64,000 nucleotides of DNA from Blepharisma stoltei ATCC 30299 (taxonomy: Eukaryota > Protista > Ciliophora), in assembly GCA_965603825.1 (NCBI GenBank), contig CBFDEM010000004.1, positions 434,001 through 498,000 of the forward strand, in the 5' to 3' direction. A program made the translations under genes and the position numbers. Under the pieces are notes generated by a model. It was not told the origin of the DNA and ran no database searches. It worked only from the letters and a program-made list of their open reading frames with translations. The first letter of the stretch is position 1. Each line of letters starts with the position of its first letter. This document shows, one piece after another, positions 25,434-37,243 of the stretch.

Positions 25434-25667
25434 ATGTCTGAGAAGCAAAACATTGTCTCATCCACTCTCACAGATATGACAGAATTCGCTAAGGACAGCA
25501 GAAGATTGTTAAACCGCTGCACTAAACCTGACAAGAAAGGTAAAAAATAATCAGAATACGTAAAAATCGCTACTGCTTGCGCTGTAGGATTTGCTGTTAT
25601 GGGCTTTATTGGGTTTTTTGTGAAGTTGGTATTTATTCCAATAAACAATATATTGCTCACTCCATAA
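25434..25667 (+). CDS. SEC61G: Sec61 gamma subunit (missed by the ORF track)
   Basis: Spliced: [54 protein letters not shown]. Confidence 0.95.
25540..25554 (+). other. 15-nt intron gtaaaaaataatcag
   Basis: In-frame TAA; removal restores KPDKKEY. Confidence 0.95.
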
Positions 25668-25981
25668 ACTTAATGCTTATTAACACTCTTAATGGACAAA
25701 CAATAAGAAATCTATTAATAAGTTTTAGAGGGACTATTGCAAGTTTATAATAAATTCGTATTTCACCTTGCAGCAAAAAGGAATAAACAAATTATTAATA
25801 CTTAAATCATATAAAACTTTTCTTATGGGTTCGATTTTAAACTAGCTTCATAGAGCTCAAAATTTTATAAACATTCATTCACTAATATCTCAATATTTTT
25901 TATTAAAATTTGGAAACTTTTAAACAGGCTCACTATTTCATTAATAAAATTAAGAAGCTATCAAAATCTCGATATTTATAA

Positions 25982-27349
25982 ATGTCCGTAACAGACTTTG
26001 ATATATTAGAAAAGCTTGGAGAAGGCGCCTACTCAACAGTTTTTAAAGTCCGCCGCAGATCAGATGGCAAAACTTATGCCCTCAAAAAAGTTCGGTTTAT
26101 GCCTCTGAAAGATAAAGAGAAAGAGAACGCTGTAAATGAAGTCCGTATATTAGCATCAATAAATCATCCTAATGTAATAGGATATAAAGAAGCTTTCATA
26201 GATGAATCCACAAATACTTTATGTCTTATCATGGAATTTGCAGATAACGGAGATTTGCTTCAAAAAATTACAAATCACCAAAAGCGCAATACTTATTTTT
26301 CAGAATCCGAAATCTGGGATATTTTTATCCAAGCTGTAAGAGGTCTTAAAGCTCTTCATGATCTCAATATTCTTCATAGGGACTTAAAATGTGCCAATTT
26401 ATTCATGTGTAGTGACGGAACAGTAAAACTTGGAGATATGAATGTTTCAAAAGTAGCCAAACTAGGCTTGGTTTATACACAGACCGGGACTCCTTATTAT
26501 GCAAGCCCAGAGGTATGGAAGGATAAGCCTTACGACTCGAAAAGTGACATATGAAGTCTTGGCTGTGTTATCTATGAAACTGCAACTTTAAATCCGCCAT
26601 TCAGAGCACAAGATATGAAAGGGCTATATAGAAAAGTGATAAAAGGAGAATACCCGCCCCTCCCAAGCAGATATTCAGCACAGCTTTCAGATTTGATTAA
26701 ATTGCTATTGAGGGTGGACCCTTCTAGGAGACCGACATGTGACGAAATTTTAAGTATGTCAGCTGTTTCAAAGAGAAACACAAGAAACCATACCGAAAAT
26801 TTGCCTGAAAATAACCTTCTTGGGACTATAAAAATTCCAAGGCAGATGAAAGGTCTTGCACATAATTTGCCAGCTGCCAGCTATGAAAAAGAGAGAAGTT
26901 TCCATAGTGTTCCAGCAGCAAGTAAAAGAATGGGTATGAAAAAATCAAAAGACATGTCTAATGCCAGTGATACGATATCAAATAGATTTTCAAGTGAAAT
27001 TCAAAGTCAAAAATCAAGAGTATTTAGTGAAAAAGAAATAAAGCCACGAGACTTGCTGCAACAAAAAGTTATTTTGCCTGAAATTGAGCCTTTGAGACCT
27101 TACAATGTAGAGAGGAGGATGCAGTATAAAGAAGATCATGATATTTTTTCAAGACAAAGAGCTCAACCTTGTAAAATTTAATTAGATAAAGCTCCACAAG
27201 TAGTTTCTCATTCACCTTATGCGCAAGGAACGATTGCACAGAGAATTCAAGCTTTGAAAGTTCAGTATGATAATGTCCCGCCAAGCATTGGAATTCCACG
27301 GCAGCAAAATTATCAAAGGCCGGTTGTTCAGCCTTCTTGGTGGGGTTAG
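25982..27349 (+). CDS. NIMA-related (NEK) Ser/Thr kinase (450 aa), ending PSWWG
   Basis: GEGAYS, YALKKV, HRDLKCAN, KLGDMNVSK, GTPYYASPE, DI(W=TGA 26552)SLGC; intron 27171-27185; TAG 27347-27349. Confidence 0.92.
27171..27185 (+). other. 15-nt intron gtaaaatttaattag
   Basis: In-frame TAA; ORF continues ~54 codons after removal. Confidence 0.85.
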
Positions 27350-27633
27350 CTGTAGATTCCAAAATTCTAACGATTTTTAATTATTTTTATTTTTAATTTA
27401 TAAGCCAAATGATTATTTTTTTCTCAAAAACTATTCTTATCCAAAATATTCATAATTTTTTAAGAAACAGTATCACAAAATTAACTTTGGTATATCATGA
27501 ATGATGCTTTCAAAATTCCTAATTATGATAGAGAAATGTCGACTTATTTTATTTGTGAAATATGGAATTAATGTGAGTAAAAATAGGAGTCCTAAAACAA
27601 AAAATAACAAAAATAAAAAATTAATAGCCCACA

Positions 27634-28062
27634 ATGCTACGCTTTCTTCCATTTCAGCTAATGGATATTCGCATTAGTACTCGTCTAAACAATCTATTCT
27701 CCAAGCTACGATTTCTTTGTGTAATACAAGGGATGCTGGGCTTTTTTCAATCAATATACAGCCCAGTTGGAGGATTATGCATGCTAGTATCCTTATTACT
27801 CCTTTATACTATAACAGTGCGAAAAAACTGAGTACTCTGCGTAACTTATATATTTGAGTCAATAACTGATATCTACACAGAATGAAAATTAATAGAAGAT
27901 TTTTACTTCACAGAAGAGTCTAAACATTATTTTATCCCTGGAGTTTCTTTTGTGAAGATTTTTTTTCACATCATTGCTATATACATAGTGTTCTTGACTT
28001 ATAGAGAACTGAAAGCGCTGCATATCGAACTTATTTGGGGGAATCGAATCCAATTTAATTAA
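27634..28062 (+). CDS. Small multi-pass membrane protein (142 aa)
   Basis: Open with two TGA=Trp; about 4 hydrophobic segments; C-terminal FLTYRELKAL. Confidence 0.6.
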
Positions 28063-28212
28063 TAAATGAAAATTAATAGAGGCTCTGCTTGTATCAGTTT
28101 TATTGTTGAATCTTGAATAAAATACTAACTTTTAGTATAAAATGAGGTATTTGGGTTTTATCAAGTATATTTGAATACTTATGAAACTAAATTTGGCTTC
28201 TATTAATCATAA

Positions 28213-28476
28213 TTAAGTTAAACCCATCAATTTATTCATAAGTTCTTGCGAAAAAGAATCTCTATAAGCTTCAGAAACTTCAGTGAGCATTTGATTTACG
28301 TCATCATAGGCATTTCTTTGAATTTCTATGCTTGCCCTAATAACCCTAATCCCATTTGTGTTCATTTCAACATCAATTTCGATTCCTTCTTTTGTAATAA
28401 TGCTTATTTCGTTCCCTTTAACTACTAGTTCATTTACATGAGGGCGAATATCTGCAACTTCTTCTTCGATATTCAT
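28213..28476 (-). CDS. GSKIP: GSKIP/DUF727-domain protein (87 aa)
   Basis: ITKEG...YDDVNQMLTEVSEAYRDSFSQELMNKL matches the GSKIP pattern. Confidence 0.7.
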   Translation of the reverse strand: MNIEEEVADIRPHVNELVVKGNEISIITKEGIEIDVEMNTNGIRVIRASIEIQRNAYDDVNQMLTEVSEAYRDSFSQELMNKLMGLT

Positions 28477-29106
28477 GTTTTTATCTATTAATATAAGCAT
28501 CTTAAACTAAGAATTAAATTTCTTATCTTCTAGAGTATTCCAATTATTTGAATACTTTATATTCCATCTATTGATTAAAAGCTTATTTATTCCAAGTTAA
28601 TCGTCAATTAACAATGAGGCTAACCTAAAGGCTATATAAGTCGGCAAACTTGGAGGAAAATATTTCATTGCATAATTTAAGAGCTACATAAAATAGGAAA
28701 GATTATTAAAGATGTCATTTTTCTAATGGAATTATTCAGATAGCTAAAGGCATTTTTTTCCTTATTTAATTAAGTAATAATTGTGATACGCTAAATCAAG
28801 ATATCTCTTTAAAGTTGAAATTTTAATTAAAATAATTTATACAACTAATTAATTTCTTTATAATTTAAGTTTATTTATATAATTATTTTTAAGGATCTCT
28901 ATTAATAAAAATTCTATGATGCAATATTTTCGCTCTAAGCTAAAACTCAAACTTGAATAATTTTTTAATTTAATTTAGCATTCCGTTGCCGGTCTTTACC
29001 CTCTGAAGCTCTCTAATTTAATAATTTTCTAGAATTTTCTCTAAATCCTATATCTCTTCGTCCTGATTTTCCGAAATTGCACAAAACACCATAATTTAAC
29101 CTAGAA

Positions 29107-32100
29107 ATGGAGTATCCAGCAGCTCCCAATCCTGAGCAGCTCTCAACTCTTCTAGGGCAGATCATATCAGGTCAAAACTCACAAGAACTTGAAAAATACT
29201 TCAAGCGCTATCTCAAACTTTCTCAAAGCATTCAAGACCTGATGAATCAAATGGTCAATAATACCAACCCACAAATTCGACAACTCTCCAGCGTTTTGCT
29301 TAGAAAAAAAATCAACAAGCACTGGTTGAGCCTTAATAGTGATCTGCAAGTTCAGATCAAAGCAGCTTTGGTTAATCAGATTACGATTGAGCCTGAGCCA
29401 CTTGTTAGAAAAAATGTTGCAAGCTTAGCAGCAGCCCTTGCCATAAACATTCTTCAAACTTGGCCTGAATTACTAGGCTTTATCAATACCTGCATTGACA
29501 ATGAATCAGTTCCAGCCAGAGAAATTGGACTTTATTTATTAGCAGAGCTTTTAGAAAACGAAGACATTTGCAAATTCTTAAAGCCTCACCAAGAAAAACT
29601 TTTGACTCTCTTCGCAAGATCGCTTGAGGACTCTTCCAGCAGAGAAATCAGAAAATGCGGTCTTAAAGCCCTTGGAAATTATGTGACCTGTTCAGAGGAA
29701 GAAGAAGTCCAATACATGATCCAGCTGATCCCAAAAATCATGGCAGTCGTCAAAGAATGCGTTGAAGCTCTTGATGAAGAGCTCGTTGTTTTCGCCTTTG
29801 ACATCTTTGACGAGCTTCTTGATGGTGGCCATAACTTCGGACCAAATCTAGAAGTTGTAGTAAGAATGGCAATTGAAGCTGTAGGTGGCAACCCTAAGCT
29901 TAACTTGTCCACAAGAGAATGTGCTATGGATTTCTTAGAAACCCTTGGCTCTTCTAATCCTAAAATTTTAAGCGGAAACCCAGAAGTCCTCAGATACCTT
30001 TTCCAGCACATTTTCACTATAGCAACTGAATGTGAGGACGATCCAGAAGAAACCACTCCAGTCGATATGGCATTTCGCCTTATAGATTCATTAGCCATTG
30101 ACCTCCCCAACAAATCAGTCTACCCAATTGCTATTGAATTCGCCAAAGCTTTGATTTCAAACCCATCTCCTATACACAGAAAAGCAGGAGTCATTACCAT
30201 TGGAGTCATTGCGGAAGGTTGCTCTGATTACATGAAGCAGGACCTAGAAGCCATTGTTAAGCAGCTGATAAGCGCTTTATATGATGCTGACCAGTCTGTA
30301 AGAGAAGGTGCTGGACTTTCTTTGGGATACTGCTCTGAGCACTTAAAACCTGATATTTTGGAACTCCATGAAGTAATTTTGCCTAGACTTATTGAGATTG
30401 TTGATCAGCCAGTCACAAAAGTCAAGCAAAAGGTACTATATGCTATTGACATTTTCTGTGAAAATTTCGATGAAGATGTAGAGAAATACCTGGCTGGGCT
30501 TGTACCTAAATTAATATCAATTGCAGTGCAGGATGGAGATGCAAAATCAAGACAAATGGCAGTTTCTGCTCTTAGTTCGGCTATTTCTTCAGCTGAACAA
30601 AAAATCCTGCCATATTTCAATCAGATTATTCAGTTGCTCAATACGCTTTTGAATAATCCTAGAGAAACTGATTTAACATTAAAAGCTACAACTATTCAAT
30701 GTCTTGGTACACTGGCTTCTTCCTCAACCATAGAGATTTTTGCTCCTTATTTAGCTTACAGCATTGATATGGCTTTCCATTGCTTATCAGTTGAAACTTT
30801 AGAACTCCGCGAAGCTGGCTTCGCATTTTTCTATCTATTAAGCAGACTCCTCAAAGAGCAAATGGAACCATACATCGATAAAGTTGTAGAAGAAGCTATT
30901 AAAACTTGTGAAGCCAGAGAAGGGCTCGAAGTTGGAGAAGGAGAAAGTGATGAAAGTGACGAGGAGGAAGAAGAAGATGAGTCCACTTATAAGGTTAGAA
31001 CTGCCTTTTTGGACGAAAAAACTGCAGCCTTACATACTCTTGGCCACTTATCTCAGGCTTGCCCAGGCAAAATTCTACCATTCTTGCCAAGAATCACTGA
31101 AAATATCGAAATTCTGTTCGATTATTTCCATGAAAACATTAGAATGCAAGTAGTCACGACAGCTCAGCAAATAATTCAAGGGCTAGTCAAACTTAATGGT
31201 GGATATTCTAATGCACAAGAGTTTTGGCTTCTTAAAGTCTTCCACAGGTATATTGAGTTCATTTCAGACGATGAAAGCAAAGAAGTCACTATAAGAGTTT
31301 TAGAAGCCATTGAAGAATTGCTACATGATGTAGGTTCTGAATTAATACAAGATGATTATATGAAGCAGCTTGTAGAAAAATTCGCGATCTTATTAAGTGA
31401 GCAAGCCTTATGCCAACGTGAAGGAGATGAAACAGAAGGAGACCATGATGAAACTCTGATGGGCGACCTATGCGATCTTTTACAAGAGCTTGCAAAGGTC
31501 TATGGTGAGCGCTTTTCTCCTTATTTCGAGACTTTACTTCCTGGTATTGCTAAATTCACAAAAGCTGAGAGAAATCCACGTGATAGAACTCTATTCACTG
31601 GCCTTCTTGCTGACACCTTAAAACACATGCCTTCCGTTGCTCAAAAATACTCCAACGATTTTTCCTCACTTGCGCTCCTCAATCTCCATTCCAATGAGGT
31701 TTCCCTTTACAGAAACACTTTATACTATCTTGGGGTCATTTGCCAGCAAGCTCCTCAGCTCGCTTCTAACTACCCACAATATTTGCAATCAGTGCAAGCC
31801 TTTTTCACACAAGAATTTGAGCCAGCTACTGTTGATAACGCAGTTGCTGCAATTTCCAGGATGATTTATACAGCTCCACAAGCGCTACCACTACCACAAC
31901 TTCTCCCTGTGATTTTCCCTAAGTTACCATTAAAGGACGATTACTCAGAAACCTCGACAGTCTTAAAAGCAATAGTTTTTCTCTTTGAGAATAATATTAT
32001 TGACATGTCAAGCTACTTAGAAAAATCACTAGAATTGATAATTGAAGGACTTGTTGTAAATGCAGCAGAGCCTGACAAATATAAACTTGAGATCAGCTTA

Positions 32101-32217
32101 TTGACTTCCATGAGAGGAATTGTCAATAAAGTGAGGGAAACTCCAGTATTTGTGCAAGTCGCTCAGAAATTGACACCAGAGAACCAAGCACTTCTTGCAC
32201 AAATACTACAAGGTTAA
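29107..32217 (+). CDS. IPO4: Importin-beta family karyopherin, importin-4/Kap123-like
   Basis: IBN_N QIRQLSSVLLRKKI; HEAT repeats; GVIAEGCSD; acidic loop followed by VRTAFLDEK. Confidence 0.9.
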   Translation: MEYPAAPNPEQLSTLLGQIISGQNSQELEKYFKRYLKLSQSIQDLMNQMVNNTNPQIRQLSSVLLRKKINKHWLSLNSDLQVQIKAALVNQITIEPEPLVRKNVASLAAALAINILQTWPELLGFINTCIDNESVPAREIGLYLLAELLENEDICKFLKPHQEKLLTLFARSLEDSSSREIRKCGLKALGNYVTCSEEEEVQYMIQLIPKIMAVVKECVEALDEELVVFAFDIFDELLDGGHNFGPNLEVVVRMAIEAVGGNPKLNLSTRECAMDFLETLGSSNPKILSGNPEVLRYLFQHIFTIATECEDDPEETTPVDMAFRLIDSLAIDLPNKSVYPIAIEFAKALISNPSPIHRKAGVITIGVIAEGCSDYMKQDLEAIVKQLISALYDADQSVREGAGLSLGYCSEHLKPDILELHEVILPRLIEIVDQPVTKVKQKVLYAIDIFCENFDEDVEKYLAGLVPKLISIAVQDGDAKSRQMAVSALSSAISSAEQKILPYFNQIIQLLNTLLNNPRETDLTLKATTIQCLGTLASSSTIEIFAPYLAYSIDMAFHCLSVETLELREAGFAFFYLLSRLLKEQMEPYIDKVVEEAIKTCEAREGLEVGEGESDESDEEEEEDESTYKVRTAFLDEKTAALHTLGHLSQACPGKILPFLPRITENIEILFDYFHENIRMQVVTTAQQIIQGLVKLNGGYSNAQEFWLLKVFHRYIEFISDDESKEVTIRVLEAIEELLHDVGSELIQDDYMKQLVEKFAILLSEQALCQREGDETEGDHDETLMGDLCDLLQELAKVYGERFSPYFETLLPGIAKFTKAERNPRDRTLFTGLLADTLKHMPSVAQKYSNDFSSLALLNLHSNEVSLYRNTLYYLGVICQQAPQLASNYPQYLQSVQAFFTQEFEPATVDNAVAAISRMIYTAPQALPLPQLLPVIFPKLPLKDDYSETSTVLKAIVFLFENNIIDMSSYLEKSLELIIEGLVVNAAEPDKYKLEISLLTSMRGIVNKVRETPVFVQVAQKLTPENQALLAQILQG

Positions 32218-32269
32218 ATAAGAAGTTTCTATAATTAAATGGGTTTTAGCTTAAATATACGGTTAATAT

Positions 32270-32827
32270 TTATAAGCACATCATTTTCGTATTTTTTCGA
32301 AGATTTTCGTACTCCTTTGCCATATCACTGAAGGACTTGTGATAGTTTTTGAAAGCCTTACTTTGATTTGCCATGTTGGCGCTGAAGTGATCGCATTTTT
32401 CAATTAAATTATGAATTTTTACGAATCTATCGGAAGCAGGAGTATTTGATTTTGATGAGCTGTGGATATAAGAATTTCTTAATGATATCGGCGAATTACA
32501 TTTTTCTAGCTTTATTAAATTTCTTGGAGGACTTTTGCTTTGAATTCTCCTGAGAGATATAACCTTTGGAGAAAGGTTGCTAGGGGATCTTGAATGAGAC
32601 CTTAATGGGGAATTAGAATCGGTTTTGCTTCGGCTAGTGTCTTCTTTTATTCTTGAGGATACTTGCTCTAGTGACTCAGCTTCATGAGTTTCGAGGGATT
32701 TATATAAAAGATTTCTTGCAAGGAGGTATTTATGCCTTGCATTAATTTTGCTAGAGGCTGGTCTTTTAATTGATTCCAGGTAGTGCCTTTGCTGGTCTCT
32801 GAATAATGAACGGTAAAGTGATTCCAT
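32270..32827 (-). CDS. Hypothetical basic Ser-rich protein
   Basis: 185-aa ATG-TAA ORF flanked by AT-rich sequence. Confidence 0.65.
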   Translation of the reverse strand: MESLYRSLFRDQQRHYLESIKRPASSKINARHKYLLARNLLYKSLETHEAESLEQVSSRIKEDTSRSKTDSNSPLRSHSRSPSNLSPKVISLRRIQSKSPPRNLIKLEKCNSPISLRNSYIHSSSKSNTPASDRFVKIHNLIEKCDHFSANMANQSKAFKNYHKSFSDMAKEYENLRKNTKMMCL

Positions 32828-33210
32828 TTATTTGTGATATATTGTAACCTTATCCTCTCTAAATATTTTGAAGTCTATGAATGTCTTTAGAATAAAATAA
32901 AAATCAGAATTTGATGAAAAACATTTATAAAAAATATAAAAGTTGAAATGAAATTACTCTTAGAAAAAAATAATTAATCTTATCACTTATAACTGATTAA
33001 TAACCCAACTTTATTTTAAGTGAAATCTCTAATTCAATTCAGAAATGTATATGGCAACTTTTCTTTAATCTGGATTGGCATCGCCTTAATTACACTTACT
33101 TTAATAATAAAAGACACCTATATTAAATTTACAAGACATCATTAAAGCTTTATCTTTCTTGCTGAGGTATGCTAAATTTAATATCACTTCTACTTAATTA
33201 GTTTCTTAAC

Positions 33211-33951
33211 TTATTTAGCTTTCTTGGCGGTTGAGAAAAGACCAGCATCAAGGTGAGGAGCGTCTTCTTTAAGCACAGACTCGTTCTTCTCGTTTCTTTC
33301 TGTCAAGAAAATAATTGCAAGTCCGACACCTACTATTACTCCAATAAGAGGTCCAAGAAGGTAAACTGGGACACTGTCCAAGTAGTTAAATGAGTCATCG
33401 CTATAGCGAATTGCTTGCACAACATCAATAGCAATGCAGACTGTTGGGTTGAAGCATCCTCCTGAAATGTGTCCTACAGTTCTAATTCCTGCAAGGACTG
33501 TAAAGGCGATAGCCATGCCTGCTGCAATTGTAGAGTCCAAAACTGCGCTAGTTACCAACACTACAAGCACTAAATGTCCAGTGAATGCAGCTTCTGCTAG
33601 ATAAGCTTCGAGATTGGTTTCTCCTGCTGGAACGCCAACATAGAAGTGTCCACCTGAAATTAAAGTACCCAAAAGCGCTCCAAATAAGGCTCCGACAATC
33701 TGGCAAAGGAAATATAAAAGATGTTCTTTCAGGAAGTTCTTTTCGAATGTTCTCGTGAACCACCATTCCTTGACAATGGCTCCGAGAGTGACTGCTGGGT
33801 TGAAGTGAGCTCCACCGATAAAGCCAGTACCTACAATGATAACCCAGAAGCCAATGCCAACTGCAAAGGCGTTCCCGTGGCTTGCAAAGATTATAAACGT
33901 AAGAGCAGCTGTCCCGTAGGTTTCAGCGAGCAACCTCCTCCACAATTTCAT
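33211..33951 (-). CDS. Aquaporin/MIP channel
   Basis: AETYGT, GGAHFNPAVT, second box SGGCFNPTV; six TM helices. Confidence 0.93.
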   Translation of the reverse strand: MKLWRRLLAETYGTAALTFIIFASHGNAFAVGIGFWVIIVGTGFIGGAHFNPAVTLGAIVKEWWFTRTFEKNFLKEHLLYFLCQIVGALFGALLGTLISGGHFYVGVPAGETNLEAYLAEAAFTGHLVLVVLVTSAVLDSTIAAGMAIAFTVLAGIRTVGHISGGCFNPTVCIAIDVVQAIRYSDDSFNYLDSVPVYLLGPLIGVIVGVGLAIIFLTERNEKNESVLKEDAPHLDAGLFSTAKKAK

Positions 33952-34433
33952 TTTAATTACAAGAAAGCATTTAATAGGACTTATAGAAGATGAGAAGTAT
34001 CTAAGAAAATAATTTATCCAACATTTTTGACAAATTGCAAAAAATAAGGTAGAAGGCTTGAAAATAAAAAAATATAATAAAGAAATATTCTAAGCTGCAT
34101 TGAAGCTGCTAGAATAATGATAAAAACAATTTTCAACAAGATGCAGTTACTATAAAGATCTGTTCGAAGCAAAACTCTTTAAATTAGCATTATAGAATGA
34201 GTTAAGTTAGAGTTAATTATTTAAATAACACTTTATTTCATACGCCTTTTCATAATTTTTTTAAACATTTAAATCGCATTTTTATGTCTTCTATTTTATT
34301 CTCATCTTCTATTTTTTAATTTCAAAAAGTGTATAAAATGAAAACTCCAATAAAAAGCTATAATAAAAACAATTACATTTCCAATTAATTTGATGCAGCC
34401 ATACGAAATAGCGTTAGAAAAATATCTTACCCA

Positions 34434-34806
34434 AAAATTCTTAAAAATGATAGCAATGATTTCAATAGAGAAGATTTAGCATATATTTTAAAAAAGCAAA
34501 ACTTGAGTATAATAAAGCTATAGATGGCAAGCAAGTCATTAAATAAATAATTTTAAAAACAATAAAAATGAGGCTATTGATGTAATTACTATGGGCACTC
34601 TTACACCTTTGCTTGATGATTGATAAGTAGAAAACACTCATAAAAAGACTCTAGCAAGTTGGCACGATTAGCAATATACCAAATATATAGAGTTGTTGCG
34701 GGAGCTAATGATGATGCAATTACAAAAACTATTCTTCAGAACTGATCTTTTAATTGGTTAGCCTTTCAAACTTGAGACTATTTTAAACTCAATTCATCAT
34801 TTTTAA
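34434..34806 (+). pseudogene. Decayed response-regulator receiver-domain fragment
   Basis: Frame-hopping reads ILKNDSNDFNREDLAYILKK / EYNKAIDGKQVI / IDVITMG..PLLDD / IKRL*QVGTISNIPNI / *PFKLETILNSI, in receiver-domain order; several stops and frameshifts. Confidence 0.5.
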
Positions 34807-34967
34807 TCATTCTAATCAAAATTATAAGAATAAAGCTCACTAAACTAAATTATACAAATAGCAATTAATGACATGAAAATGATGAGCATAAGGTGGCGCC
34901 CACATGATTGAAAATTAAAATAATTTATTAAGATAGTAATTAAACACATAATAAATTAAAAATCAAT

Positions 34968-36800
34968 TTAATGCTGCACATTTTCGGTTAGTTGGGAAAA
35001 TATCTTTGATAAGCGTTCATTGAACAGCTCAAAATCTTCTTCAGAAAAACACTCTTTAGTAACTTTGCGAATTATCGCAAAGATACGGTGCAGCTGAGAT
35101 GTAGTGAATTTGTGGGATTGAATTATAAGGTTTTTAAGTAATGGGGAATAGCTATTCAAGCAATATGAGAAAATGACACGAAACATATTTATGCTATGAA
35201 TTTCATCTGTTCTTATAGAAAACCCAGTTTCATTATCCTGAGACGAAATTTCAAAAATCTGTGCTATCAACGATTCAAGATTTTTCTTCTCCACAAGTGT
35301 AATTTTCCTCTGTTTTCTTCGCTCTTCACGTGTGATTCTTGCTTGCTGCCTAGTCGAGTCATAAATTTCTGCAATTTTATTGAGCTGTTCTGAAAATTTA
35401 ATGCTTGTCATAGATTTATCAAGGTCTTTAGCAGGTGAAGGATTCCTATAGATGCAATTTCCTCCAAGTTTTGATATTCCTGAATGCAAAATAGGGACTT
35501 CTCCTGGTATAGATGCTGTCTTTATCCATAAATATTCGTTTTTTATGTTGTTTTGAGTTTCTTCTATATTGAGACTTGCTCTTGCTAAGTTTTTGGTTTT
35601 AGTTTTCAAATTATCAAGTCTTTTTTCCACATTTTCTATTACACATTTGTGTTCTGATTTAACATCCAATTTGTGTAATTGAAAAGGGCTTGCAGTTCTT
35701 GACCTTGCTAATATTTTGCTTGTGTTTATATTGATATTACGGATTCTTGAAAAATAATCAAATTTATGAGCTTTGCATTTGAGAAAGTGCCATTTCCCAG
35801 TTTTATTTTTAATAAAATCAACCGTAAGCTCTACTAAAACTTCATCTTTTGGCTTTGTTGATTTTTTTTCAGTCAATTTAGCTATAACTAAAATCATGCT
35901 TTCTATTTCTGGGACTGAAGAAATTCGAGATATTTGGATCTCACTTGTTGATGAAGATTTTACAAGATATCTACTTGATAGATCTTGAGTAGACAGCAAA
36001 GGATTTTTTGGGGACGTTACAAAAGATTTGTGAAAGTCAAGAAGCGTAGGCTTATTAGGGAAACTAGGAGAAAACGAAGTTTTATGCATTCTGGCAGCAT
36101 ATGCAAAGTGATTAGTATCTTGTTTTTTACGTATCCTCGATTTTCTGGGCTTTTCATATTTTATAATTGGAGTATTAACATTTGATAGAGCATCGATATC
36201 AATGGTGCCTTTTCTATTTATTTTGAAATAGTCAGTTTTTTCGCCGAGTGATCAGTGAACTCTTAGTTTTTCAGGAACTATTGAATCAGAAACGATATAT
36301 CTTTGAAGCATATGATATGGTTCTTTGCAAAGGACTCATGATCTTACTGCTTGCTTGGAGTTACAGCATATTGTAACTCCTTTATTTGTTTTATGAAGGA
36401 ATTTAGGCCCTTCTTGATTCTCGCATTGCTTTTCTACCATCCATACAAATTTAGACATTGCGCTATATATAGGTTACTTGAACTTAGAAAAAACTTTAAT
36501 AACACCAAAATCATTTGTATAAATTAAAACAGGTGATTTCAGTTCAGCAGTAATTATAAGTGTTTCTGGCACATTTAATTTGATATCTGAAAGATGATAT
36601 TCAGATGAAATTATGCTATAAATATCTGGGCCTAAATCTCCTGCCAATGGAATACTTGGTTGAAACTCACATATTTCAAAATTTATTGGAGTTTTGCAAT
36701 ACAAAGATAATCTTTGAGTAGCTTTAATCAACATTCCAGAATCAATGTGAGCTGGTCCTAGTTCAGATTCTAAATCGTAACCTCTAGAGTGCTTATTCAT
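34968..36800 (-). CDS. Hypothetical 605-aa protein: ATP-grasp-like middle, possible degenerate globin C-terminus
   Basis: ORFs 36474-36800 and 34968-36089 join through intron 36463-36477 and two TGA=Trp. Confidence 0.75.
36463..36477 (-). other. 15-nt intron gtaacctatatatag
   Basis: In-frame TAA; A at -6. Confidence 0.85.
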
Positions 36801-37243
36801 TTTTTAATTACCTAGAATTTAATATATTCAATCACTATTTCTGCGATGCTGCTATCAAATATTTTGACTTTTTATTTCATATTTTCTTAAAATGATTGAA
36901 ATAAGCTATATTTATAAATTTTACATATCGAGTATTAAAGCTGAAAATTTAATAATTCAGAATATTAAACTAGTTGAAATAGAGCAAAAATAAAATTATT
37001 CTAATTTGAAAAGTTTTTTGTTTGAAGTTTTTTTTTTGCTGATGTTCCATTATTTTTGATTTTGGTCAGTTTTATGCTATTTCATATTTCAAAAATATTT
37101 AAACTGCTAAATTCAAAATATACATCACTCTATAATTTATTAAGACTCTCGATAAAGAAAACCAATCATAAATATCTATTAGGGAAGCTTTTTAAAAATA
37201 ACTTTAGGGTAAGATGATAATTATATAAAAAACTAATAATTAT

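Noticed and set aside
25301-25660. 119-aa minus-strand ORF
   Set aside because: It is antisense to the spliced Sec61-gamma gene.
34709-34745. C/D-box-like atgatga...ctga (snoRNA?)
   Set aside because: Spacing is too short, there is no terminal stem, and it lies inside the receiver-domain remnant.
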